NCBI GenBank assembly: GCA_010093815.1
Contig: ML996579.1
Length of the DNA stretch: 20,000 nt
Source of the DNA: Pseudovirgaria hyperparasitica
Lineage: Eukaryota
Reading direction: 5' to 3' (one strand)
Each line of letters opens with the position of its first letter. The first letter of the stretch is position 1. The notes under the pieces are model-generated. The model did not search any database and had not been told where the DNA came from. It saw only the letters and a list, made by a program, of their open reading frames with translations. Below, one piece after another: positions 1 through 11,426 of this stretch. The position numbers and the translations under genes were made by a program.

Positions 1-384
1 AAGAACTACGTATTATAGTTCTAACCGAAGTTTACTTTAAATAGACTTACGTAGGTTAACGTATATCGGCTATTATTATATACGAATTCCGCGATATAGA
101 CTAACCTTATCTAGTTATCGTACTTATAGTTATAATATACGCGTAAATACGCCTCGACTATCTAATTCTACTACTCTATCTATCTATCTATTTATAGATA
201 GAACGTAGTACTAAGTTTCCGCTTAATTCCTAGTATATAGTAGAAATCCTTCTAAAATTTAGATATTATCTATAGATCTCTATCTAAAACTATACCGTTT
301 AGTATACTATAGAGCCGGACTACGTTACGGAGTAGTATATCTATAAGATCTAGTACTTAGATTATCTTCCTTATAGGGATATAG
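1..384 (-). pseudogene. Integrase catalytic core of Ty3/gypsy element B (RIP-degraded), distal part split off by insertion of element A; runs off the window edge
   Basis: The minus-strand translation, de-RIPed, reads [73 protein letters not shown]..SPF. It continues in frame from the MDFI.DLP..VV.DRF.K..Y segment at 11800-11898 once A and one TSD copy are removed. Confidence 0.93.
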
Positions 385-757
385 TATAGAAGGCCGCTCC
401 TACAGCCCCACATGTATGTATCCCTAGCTCGATTACATGGCTTCATTGTATATTTAAGGAGGGCGTTTTCCTCGGTCATTCTACTCGGCACGCTTCCCCC
501 ATCACTAATATTCGACGATTCGACCTTTCCTTACGTTCATGGGCCTCTATGGGTATTGATTATTAGGCTTAGCTATTAAAGAATTAATTAAGAGTATTAT
601 ATAGACCCGTCCTATCGTAAAAGAGAACTAATAAGAAGTCGTACGTTCAAAGAGAACTTATAATACCTAGGAGAGATACTTGTAAGTTCGTCGCGACTAC
701 TATACTAAGAATATAGCTATTTATAAAAAGGGACACACGTAGCGATAGCTTACCATA
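385..757 (+). repeat. 5' LTR of element A
   Basis: Colinear with 11427-11799. Ends TATAGAAGG...TTACCATA are RIP versions of TG...CA. About 22 differences by eye, all transitions. Confidence 0.95.
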
Positions 758-761
758 ATTT

Positions 762-778
762 TAGAGGTCGTACCCGGA
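762..778 (+). promoter_or_regulatory. Primer-binding site, probably complementary to tRNA-Gln 3' end
   Basis: TAGAGGTCGTACCCGGA starts 4 nt after the LTR. De-RIPed TGGAGGTCGTACCCGGA is the reverse complement of TCCGGGTACGACCT-CCA, resembling eukaryotic tRNA-Gln 3' ends (from memory). Confidence 0.65.
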
Positions 779-1224
779 CTACGAACTTATAGGGGGAGAT
801 TAGAACTCCGAAACTAGCTTAGGGGAAGTATATGGCGTGCCTAATAAGGTAGTCTAGACTTACTAGATCGAAGCTACGAGTCCGGAAAATAGGGAGTCCG
901 GAGTCGCTAGGGGCTAGCCTCTTAAAAGTAGCCGTAAAAAGCATATGTATGCTAATATAGGTGATAGCGCGACTCGAAAATGTCTTAGGGGAATGGGATA
1001 TAAAACAGGGCTAGATAAAGCAGCAAAGAAGAGTTTAAAAACGACAAATATAACCTGTTTAGTACTACTATAGCTGTTATTCATAAACACGGCCATACGA
1101 GTATACCACTTTAGGAACGCCTTACACGAAGATAATAATATAAGTAGGATACCGTGAACCTTATATCGATGAAGACGATAGTAATAGTTCACCTTATAAA
1201 GGGATTAATTAACATAGAGAAGGG

Positions 1225-4200
1225 ATGATAGATGTTATGGGTAGACGCATTAGGCTAATCTTTAGTTAAGGTAATCCCTTAACTAATAACCTTACCCCCA
1301 GCGTCTCTACTAGTATACCTACTACTAGTAATAGTACGATAGGAGCTTAAAACAACGACCTAGTAACTCGTAGAGAGATACTTAACTTCTTCGCAGCATT
1401 TACGCGATAAGAAAGGATAGTACCTCTATCTACCCTAGCCCCTAAGCGCTTTAAAGGAATAAATATCACGGCCTTCCTTCGGAAGTACGAGGACATATAT
1501 ATAAACTATAAAGTTCCGCCTAATAAGAAGATAACCTCCCTACCGTTATACTACGAGGACTATCTCCGTCCTACTATTAAAGGAATAAGTAGGTTTTAGA
1601 AATAGTAGTAGGCCACGCTACGTAAAGAATTATTAAAGGAATTCTCTCTATTTAACTCCGCCCTTAAGGAAGGTACCATCTACTTTGTCCGAAAATACGT
1701 GGAAATAGTTAAAGTAGACCCATCCTACTCTCTCCCTATATACTACTCCCGGGATCGTATTATTATAGAGAAACTTACGGCTAAAGGAAGCCTAAGCTCG
1801 TATTCGTAAATAGAGCTCTTCCTAGAAGGGCTGCCTAATAGTCTTAAGGCTCGGGCTATAGAGAAATATTAACTTACGATGGAAGCACACAGTTACGACT
1901 AGGTAATTATCTATGGCTTCGTATCACGAAAGGCTAGAGCACTTAAGGAACTGGCTTATATTAATAAGTACTTAGCCGCACAAGAGCTAGCCATAGCCAT
2001 ATACTATAAATTAAAGATAGGGAGTAAGAAGACTAGCTTAGAAGAGTAGTTACATGAAGAAAGAAGAACTAATGAATTTAGCCACCCCTCTCTAGTCGAA
2101 GTATACGTCGCGCTAGAATCGGATAAGTTTAACGAGATAGTAGAGAGATTTAGTAAACTAGACCTTACGTTAATTAAGATAAAGTCCTACTTTACCTCTA
2201 ATCCCTTATTCCCATCCCTTAAGAAGTACGAACCTAAGCTACTTTCGGCTATTATTAACTAGTAGGCGCGAAGGCTAAATCTTTTAACACACCCCTAAGT
2301 ACGAGGCATGCCTATAGAACTAATATAAGTTTATCTATAGAATTATATATAGAATAGAGAATATATCTCTACCCGAGACTCCTAAGGAGGTATTATAGCC
2401 TATGATAGGCCTCGAAGACTAATCGTATGCATTACGTACGGAGGGGATTACCTAATATATAGATATCCGGAGATAGTAGGATATATTAGAGACGGATTAC
2501 TAAATATTAACGGGGTACGAGTATTCTAAGGGCGTTTCGGGGCGAACGGAGAAGAAATCCTATTACTACCCTCCTCGGTAGGGCTATAAGCTACTCTATA
2601 AGCTATCCGGAACTACATAGTAACGGTTTAAAACGGCCTAAGCTAGTACGGAGGGGGAGTGAAGGTTTCTACGTCTATAGTAAATATTAACGCTTCATAG
2701 GGAGTGCTAGTATATAGTATTAGTGCAAAATCTATAAAGGGTCTCTACTAGGCCTCGGCGGATAGCGATTCGGAAGAAGAAGTTACGTCGCCTAAGAGTA
2801 AGAAAGATAGATATATAGAATTCCACGAACGCTTTAACGTGGCTAGTAATAGATATATCCACGAGGAGATAGCCCTAGAAGAGCCCGCTATACTTATAAT
2901 ATCTAGAAGGGGGATTACGAAGAGTATACCTAATCGTACTAAGAAAAGAAAGATCGCCTATCTCCGCGGAATGCGTGAAGGGTAGTATATAAGAATTATT
3001 AAGGAATAGAAGGACGGCGAGAAGAGTAGTAACTAGAGAACGTCTAAATAAGAGCCAACGGCGCCTAAGGATAAGATAGATAAAGGGGATGGCCTAAATC
3101 CTAGTTAAAAGACACGTATCCGAGGCGTTAAGCTTAATAACTATCTACGCGAGGGATAGCGGCTAAGCATAGAAGCTAGCGAAGCATGGCTGGTACGCGT
3201 TCTAGGGATAACTATAAATATTACTATTAGTAAACTATTAAGCCTTAATAGCGACTTACGTCGTGCGGTATTCGAGAAGGGCGCCCCCGACTTTATAGCT
3301 AGAGAGGTCTATAAGGCTTAAGAGGAGAGAGCCGAGAAGAAAGGAAGAAACGACTATGCTATAGCTCCCGAGATAAATAAACTTAATATATTAGTACCCC
3401 TCTATGCCACGGGGACGGCTATCACGTAATAAGATATTAATTAGCTTAAGAAAGGGATAGTAAGGCTAGTGGCCGAGTATCCGAGGTACCCCGTGGAAGT
3501 TAGTCCTAAAAGGGCGACTAGTATAGTACTATTCGATAGTAGCGCGTAGGTAAATAGTATTCGACTAGATACTACGAGGCGTCTTAGGCTAGCGATATCT
3601 TCGCTTCCACTATATATAAAGAACTCGAGTTTAGTTAGTACTACTTAGTATAGTACTCTATTTATAGGAATAGTATAGTAATACCCTATCCGTATAGGTT
3701 AGATTATTACGGCTACTTTAATATTCGTATATAGTAAACTTAATTATAACCTTATCCTAGGGGAGCTATATACTAGGCAGGCCTTACTTACGGTATAGAG
3801 GTTAGCCTCCGGGTAAGTACTCTTAATAGTCTACTCTATATATAGATAAGAATATATAACCTTCGAAACTAGTCCGGATAAGTATATTCTAGTCTTAGAG
3901 AAGGAGGGTAACTCCATAGCTAGAGACTAACTATATAGCGGAGTATATCGCTAGAAGCCGGAGTTAAGCCGGATTATTAGTTAAGGACTACCCTTAACTA
4001 ATAGTCCGTACTAAATAGGGTCCGGTAAACCCACTAATAAAGGGGATAGGATATATTTTTATACGGATATAGAAATAAGTTATATAGAGTTGCTTTCCGA
4101 GAAAATCCGGCCTAAAAATATTACTCGGTTATCGAGAAAAGATAACTTAGCCGCCCTAGTTACGGCGGCGAGGTACGCTACCTTCATATATAAATAAGGC

Positions 4201-7200
4201 ACGATAATAGAACGGCTTATAGTAGGCTCTACCGGCCTCTAAAGACGGTATTCTTCTAGGGTATTAAAGGGATTTAGTATGGCCACTATATATAAAAGAA
4301 AGGGAGTTAAAGTATACCCTATAGATGACTCCGAAGCCTATTAAAAGGTCCCTAGGAATCTATTAGGGTATCTAGACTAGCGTAAACGAGTAATCGCACG
4401 GTAGGCACTTCTTCCGGCCGTCTACCTAGGCCTTAACGCGCTTAATAGACTAATAGAGCCTCGAAGGGTAACTATCCCGCTAGGAATATATCTAACGCCT
4501 CTACGTATAAGTTAGCTAAAGATTAGAATAGAGCTACGTCCCGCGGAACTTAAGTTACTATATATAATCTTATTATATCGCGAGGAAGCACTAGTATAGG
4601 AATTCTTATACCTTAGTAAATTTAACGAAGAGGTGGTACCTCCGTAGGAGATCCGAACGGTAGAACATAAGATATAGTAGGCTAAGAACTTTAATATTCC
4701 TAGAGCCCTTTATAGGAAGGTACTTACGATCCTAAAAGAGTGTCTTAATAGCGGAAGGCTCGAGCCCTATAGTAGTCCTTATTAAAACGCCTATTTTCTT
4801 ATGGAAAAGAAGAAGGAAGCTAATAAGGAACGAGATTATAGGTTAATTAATTCGGCGATAGAAATTAACTAAGTTACCATTTATAATGCGGCTACGCCGC
4901 CCTCGTGTAAAGAATTCTCGGAGTACTTTACGGGGATGGCCGTCTTAACGTTTACCGACTTCTTCTTAGAATATAATTAGATTCCATTAGTAGAGTATTA
5001 CCGAGACTTAACGGGGTTTATAACGCCCCTAGGATTACTACGCGGGATAATATTACCTTAAGGGGCTACTAATTTAGTAGCTTAGTTCGTTAGGATCATA
5101 TTAACTATTATATAAGAACATATCCCGGAGAGGGCTCTACTATTCCTAGATAACTTAGGTATTAAAGGATCTACGACGAAATATAACTCTAAGGAGGCCC
5201 TGCCTAGAATTCGTAGATATATCCTGGAATATTTAATTAACGTGGATAAGGTTCTCGCGGATATAGAGCGCGCTAGATGCGCCCTAAGTAGCAAGAAGAC
5301 TTAGTAGTATATTAAAGCCGCTAACGTTATAGGATACGTCTACGGCATTAAAGGGAGGCGACCGAGTAATAAAAAGGTTACTACTATTAGGGACTAGAAA
5401 CCCTATAAAAACACGACGAATATACGAGCCTTCCTTAGCGTTTATATATATTTCCGGATATAGATCCCCGGGTACGCTATTATCGCATCGCCGCTATTTA
5501 TACTATTAAAGAATAAATCGGCCTAGTAGTAGATAGCTAAGGAGTAGACCTTAATGGACGCGCTAAAGATAGCTCTAACTACTACTCCCGTACTAATAAC
5601 GTTACGGTACGGGATAGATATAGAAGATATAATCCTAGTAGTAGACTCTAGTAACGTTAGGTGAGGGGCTATATTAATATAGGAGAACGAGGATTATAAA
5701 CGTTAGCCATCGCGGTATAATAGAGGAATATAGTTAAAAGCTAAGAGAAACTACGACACCGTGAAACTAGAGTACTAAGCCCTCCTCCACGCGTTATAGA
5801 AGTTCCGGTAATACCTCTATGGCACGTACTTTATTATAGAAATAGACGCGAATACTCTAGTCGCTTAAATTAACCGCACCGTAACTAACTTACTAGGGGC
5901 GCTTATTACTAGGTGGCTCGCGTGGATTTAGCTATAGAACTTTATAGTTAGGCACGTACCTAGAAAGCGTAACGTAGTCGCCGATAGCATCTTACGGATA
6001 TATAAAGGAGAAGAACTACCAGACGTCTCTACCTTTAACCTAGACGAGTTCGTGGATATGGCTCTATATATAGACGTGCTAGAGATATTATTAATCAAGC
6101 CTATTAGCGGGAGAGATTACACGATAGGGATACTTAACTATACCGCCATTAAGTCTCCCTTAATAGATAAATATAGTAATAAATAGTAGAGGATTACGAA
6201 GTACCTTACTACACTTAAGAGGCTAACTAATCTAACCGACCGAGCGTATGAGGCCTTTATAACTAACTACCTAAAGTTCCTCGTGTGTAACCGAATACTC
6301 TAGTGGAGAGAAGATAGGTATCGCTAATATACACGAGTAATTAAGGATCCGAATACTAGGGCGTGTATAATTACTACCACTCACGACGAGATAGATCATA
6401 GAGGTAGCGAAGGGACCCTTAGAAGGATTAAGGATACGTATTAGTAGGTAGGTATGCGTAGAGACGTGCGATAGCACGTGAAAACCTATAATAAATATTA
6501 ACGATGAAGTAAGCTCCTTAGAGGTCTTAATAAAGGGCTCTACCACGTTATAACGTCTATTCTTTAGTAAAGAATACACTTAGACATAATAATACTACCA
6601 CCTTCTATAGGGTATAGTAAAGTAGTATCTATATAAGAATAGCTAAGCGGATAGACTAAGGCGGAGGCATGTACGGCGGCTACGGCCATAGTCGTCGTAA
6701 AGTTCCTCTTTAAGAACGTGATCTATAGATACGGAATCATTCCTAAAATCACCTATAACGGTGGTAGAGAAAATATAGGTGCCATAGAGGAGCTTCTCTA
6801 ACTCTATAGAATTTATTAGAAGGTTATATCTACGTATAATCCCCGAGTAAATAGGATTATTAAGAGAAGTTTTATACTACTCACTAATGCTCTCGCGAAG
6901 ATAACTAATAGTGGATTTAAGAACTAGCCCGACCACCTCCATACGGTTGTCTAGGTAGATAGAATAACGACACGTGCTAGTATAGGGTATAGTACCATAT
7001 ACCTCGTGCTCGGCTATAAACCAATCATGCCTATCGAAGTCGAATTCGAGTCGCTCCAAATACTCCCTTAGGATGAGGTGCGATTAACGTCCGACTTACT
7101 CGCTCTTTAAGCTAGATAACTTAAGAGAAGATCCAAGGATCTTAAGGAGGCCTATGCCCACGCGACACGAACGCGTAAGGAATCGAGAGAGGCATGGAAT

Positions 7201-7641
7201 AACGACCATTACCTTCGTTAAGAGTCGTTACTAGTTAATATAATTATCCTTCTATACGACTTATAGTAATAGAAGGATATAGGGCGGAAGCTAAGGTAGT
7301 ATTAGAGGGGGCTATATAGAATCTAGTCTATATTTAATTATACTTATAAGCTCGCGGAGCTTAATAGAGCCATGCTTAGAGGGATGTTTCCTAGCCATAG
7401 GTTAAAGAAATATTTTATAAGAAATATGAGTAATAAGAGTCACGACGAGCCCTCACGACCACTAATTAGAAGAATTACCAAGGAAAATAAGGAGAGTAGC
7501 GATAAGGAAAACTATTATAAATAACTTACGGAATACCTCGACGACGCCATATAAACCTAGGTAGAAGTAGTAATTCCTACTCCGTAAGACTTTAATAGAG
7601 AGGAATATTTACGTTTCCCTAGAATCGACATCTCCTTCTAG
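1225..7641 (+). pseudogene. gag-pol polyprotein of element A (single frame, RIP stops); start and stop approximate
   Basis: All in frame +1: Gag AP.RF.G.NITAFLRKYED (~1440-1495); Zn knuckle C-x2-C-x3-H-x4-C de-RIPed (2428-2466); protease LFDS(G)A.VN (3529-3555); YKRKGVKV.P (4291); RT FLD(D)LGIKG (5143-5169) and LP(G)IRRYILE; RNase H VDSS..WGA (~5641); integrase HHCC (~6382-6498), D-D-E core (~6580-6870) and (W)RG(P)Y (~7303). No chromodomain recognised. Confidence 0.92.
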
Positions 7642-7971
7642 AGAATAGAAGTTTTTTTAAGGAGGGAAGGGATGCTTATAAAAGTAGTCTTATAATGATA
7701 AACTCCATCATCGAAAGAGGATAATGAACCCTATCATTACTATAAAATAATAAAACTTATTATTAAAGTAAGTAATGCTCGAAAGAAGACATAATGGCGT
7801 TTACGCGAATTCTACCTACTATACATTAAAGCCGGTCGTATAATCGAAGCCTACCCATCGAAGGCCCATTTCATTACTATAGAACGGGCCCCGTTAGGAA
7901 CTAATAAGGAAGAAAAGAAGGAGGAGGTATAGGAGAAAAAGATACTTATAGGAAGTCTTATAAGGATAAGA

Positions 7972-8076
7972 ATGTACCCGGTATCTATTCATTTATAGAT
8001 TCCGCCATATACCCGGTAGATACATTCATTCATAGATTTCCTATATACCTAGTATATATTTATTCATAGATTCGAC
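7972..8076 (+). repeat. Three imperfect ~35-bp tandem repeats upstream of the extra ORF
   Basis: Units start at 7972, 8007 and 8043; consensus approximately ATATACCCGGTA..TATTCATTCATAGATTC. Confidence 0.8.
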
Positions 8077-8109
8077 ACGTATACGGGCCTACGGCCGTTA
8101 GTAAGGATT

Positions 8110-8294
8110 ATTTATAAAAATTACTATATACCCGGCATTCGAGGAGGCATAAAAAGAGAACTTAAGATAGTATATAACTCTTCCCTCTTATACCTCTCTA
8201 TACCTTCTTAATCGATAAAACCTCCTCCTCTACTTCCGCCTCGCTTAACTACCTCTCCTTAGAACGTAACTCGCCGATAGAACCGATAATAATA
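8110..8294 (+). promoter_or_regulatory. Putative internal promoter/5' UTR for the extra ORF
   Basis: TATAAAAA at 8113-8120, a CT-rich tract at ~8177-8260 typical of filamentous-fungal promoters, and good start context AATAATGGCC at 8291-8300. Confidence 0.45.
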
Positions 8295-11200
8295 ATGGCC
8301 CCGCTAAAAAAGAAAACGCCTACCCGTGAAGAGTTATAAGATTATTAAGTACTAATAAGATAGACGCGGTCCTAGTTAAGAGTCGTAAGTACTAAAGTAG
8401 GGCTATCGACGGCTATCGTAGTATTAAGGCCATCTACTACTCCGTATAGATAGGCTGCAGAAGCTACGGAAGTAAATAAGTCTACTATTAACCGAATTAT
8501 CGCTATCTAGGACCCGTAAGAGCGATAGGACTATATTCTAGATACGTTTAATAATCTCCTTCATATTACTAGCCTCGTAGAATAGCTCTTAAGTAGTATA
8601 GTTAACCTCTTCTAGGAAGTAGGAGCCGTAATAGGGTATAGTAAGGTAAAGATTAACTCCTCTATTCCGAAAGAAGTCTACGAGATAATTTATCGTAGAA
8701 GAGATACTAACTCCCGTATCCTAAAAGCTAAAAATGTAATCCTATAAAACTAGCGAAAAGACCTCCCTAATAACGACGGCTAGTTACTCTAATCCGCCCT
8801 CGGATAGCTCTAGTAAATATAGAACTTTATAGAAAAGCTAGTAGCGCTCTTACGAGTACGGATATAGGCGAGAGCGAGGAACTAGTTAAACGTATCCCTA
8901 TAGTCCTAAATTAGCTAGGAATAGAAGGGAAGGGGAATTAAGGTATATCTTTAGAGCTCTAATATCGATACCGCCCTAGCTAGCGATAGTAATAAGGACG
9001 GTCTATCTCTCTAGTAACTCTCGAACTACCCTAGCCGATAAAATAAACTAACGTTCTATAATAAGACGGGACTTATTATCCCCGCTAGTTAATAGTCACG
9101 GATAAGTAGAATGGTTTATAGGCCCGTTAAACACTACCTATAAATCAAAGAGATAAGTATATCGCCTCCGCCTTAGACCTTACCGTTACTAAAACTAGCG
9201 TAGGTAACGCCTACGGTAAAGTCCCCTCCACGAAGCACGCCTTCTAGTTTAGTAGTACGTCGTCTCTTCGAAGCTAGTCGTCCGTTTAAAGTAAGTATTC
9301 CTTCTACTACCACTAGTAAACGTCCCTTACCGGGCCATATAAGAACCTCTTTAGTGCCCGTTACGGCTATGCTAATAAAACCCATCCGCGGACGTGCCTT
9401 ATCTACCGGCCCTTAGTAATTACTAGGGGCGCCTATATAATAATCCCCGGTTATTCTTAGTTCGTACTCTAAGATAATAGTATCGGTCGAGAAAGAGGAT
9501 AAGCCTAAGAAGTATTAATGCGCGCCTTTAGTGACGAAGACTTTTAAGGTAGCTATATTATTAAAGAAGAATTTCACGAGCATTAAGGGAATGGCCCTAC
9601 TAGTACGCTAGAAAGCGTAGATAGGTAATATAGCTATTCCGTATAAAGTCTACTATAAGTATTACTAAGACGTGGCTAGAAAGAATAATATGCTCGTTAG
9701 CGTGTCCTACTTAAACCTAGTAGCGAGACTTAAAATGGTATATGAGTTTAGAGATAATATGGGGGCCCTTAAAGTTTATAAGGACCGCTATACCTAGTTC
9801 GCGAAGTACGCGCAGCCACCTTATCCGATAGAGACATTAGGTATCTATTATTACTAGGCCCTAGAGACCCCGAAGCAAGTTATTAATATTAAAACCATCC
9901 TTACTAGTATCGCATTTATGATTTAGAAGGAGGACGGTAGAATAGGTAGGTAACTCTTCGACGAGTAGAAACGTACTAGAAGTGTTAATATTAAAGGGCT
10001 CTTCGAGCCACTTAAAAAGACGACCTCTATACTTAATAAGAGTATCCTAGAACTCGCGAGGGATGAATTTAATATATATAAGTACTACCAGCGCATGTTT
10101 AATAAGAAATCGAACTACGGCTAGCTACGAACTATATACCACTCCTATATCTAATAGTTTATTAGGTAATGCCTACTTTACTAGCTCACCTATATCGCTC
10201 TTCGGCCCGATCTTAACTACCATCTAATCTCGTACCCGTACTATACGAAGTCCTAGGATAGGGGCGATAAGACGGGTTTTAAGCATCTCGACAACGCCAT
10301 TAATCGAATCCTCAATCCTAGCAATAGACACGGGTTTAATATAATCTAGGGGAGCATTAGTCTCGACGACGAACGAAGTAACGACTACACTATAATCGTT
10401 CCCCGCTCCTATAAGTTCTTAAACGAATGGTAGTCGAAGGCTAAGCTCCGCGAGGGGGTTAATCGAAATAGTATAATCACGGCTATTAATGATAAGATCT
10501 ATAATACGGACGATAGGAAACGATTTAGTCCCTTCGTTCCGGTCCCCTACTAGTCCCTTAAAGTGCGTATCTCTAGCCTACTAATAATACACGGCGCCTA
10601 GGGTCCCGTAAAGGGTGGAAGACGCACGATACTTCTATAGTATATTATGATTAGCCCTAATCACATAATAATAGAAGTGCCTAAAATAGGTATATAGGAA
10701 TAACTCGCAGTAGCTCATAGGAATTTAACTCCGGGACCCACGTCTCCGTCGGGATTTTCTAATAAATATAGCGCGATTCCTTTTACCTTCCTAGCCGTAG
10801 TTTAACTCCCGAGTTTTAACGCCGTTAGTAACGTATTAGTCGGCCGTAAAAGATAGGATAGCTAGGAGGTAAAAGAAGAGATAGCTACGTGGCTTAACGT
10901 AAGTCCTTAATAACTTAAAGCTAAGATAGACGCCTGGTTTAAGGAGGGCTCGAGGGTATTCGTAGAGACCTTTAAGAAAATAGTAAGGTAGAAAAAGCTA
11001 GTCTATAGGGATAGGTCGTTCTAGAAGGAATTTAATAAGGCGCGCGCCGCCAAGCGGCTAATTAATTTTAAGAAATTTAAGCCCGACGCGGGCCTAGATA
11101 ATATTAAAGAGAACTTCTATAGATAGGAGAGGCCTAACGAACTATCCGATAAGGAGGAATCTAACCTCTCTAAGATAAGTGACACGATTCTTTAGGAGCT

Positions 11201-11339
11201 GGCTTATGACCTCGAGTACTAAGATTAGGCGCCTAAAAGCCTGCCTGATTATTAGTTAAGGGCTGCCCTTAACTAATAATCCGGGCTAAGGTTTACCCGC
11301 GCCGAGAGGTTTACTAGGGGCGCATTTTATTCGTATTAA
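8295..11339 (+). pseudogene. Extra ORF (~1000 codons, RIP stops): N-terminal helical region, Pro/Ser-rich linker, C-terminal putative 2OG/Fe(II)-dependent dioxygenase (PhyH-like DSBH); 3' end uncertain (~11220-11340)
   Basis: One continuous frame from ATG 8295 in which the stops seen are TAA/TAG. Motifs: LISYPYYTK, GDKTGFKHLD (H 10284, D 10290), N.I(Q)GSISLDDE, T.IVP.S(H)K, FVPVP(C)...VRIS...HGA (H 10590), RRT.L.(W) (10620-10640), SPSG..N.Y, LVGRKR(W)D. Confidence 0.8.
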
Positions 11340-11415
11340 GGTCTTTCTTTTAGGCGTTCTTTACACGGTTTCTTATACGGTTACTATACTACTAAGGGTA
11401 GTAGTTCTATAGGCT

Positions 11416-11426
11416 AGGGAGGTATA
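11416..11426 (+). promoter_or_regulatory. Short polypurine tract before the 3' LTR of A
   Basis: AGGGAGG-TATA immediately precedes TG at 11427; short and probably RIP-altered. Confidence 0.5.

Noticed and set aside
914..1192. 92-aa minus-strand ORF
   Set aside because: Lies antisense in the 5' leader of element A; no motif, with I/L/Y-rich composition typical of RIPed DNA.
7972..8076. Short repeats as a CRISPR-like array
   Set aside because: Head-to-tail degenerate repeats with no unique spacers, in a eukaryotic retroelement with no cas genes.
5082..9385. Minus-strand ORFs at 5082-5294, 6271-6579, 6877-7059 and 9173-9385
   Set aside because: Antisense shadows of the real + strand pol and cargo frames.
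8295..11339. Extra ORF as an env gene or nested DNA transposase
   Set aside because: No signal peptide, transmembrane segment or DDE motif is evident, and no TIR/TSD flanks it; the motifs fit a dioxygenase better.
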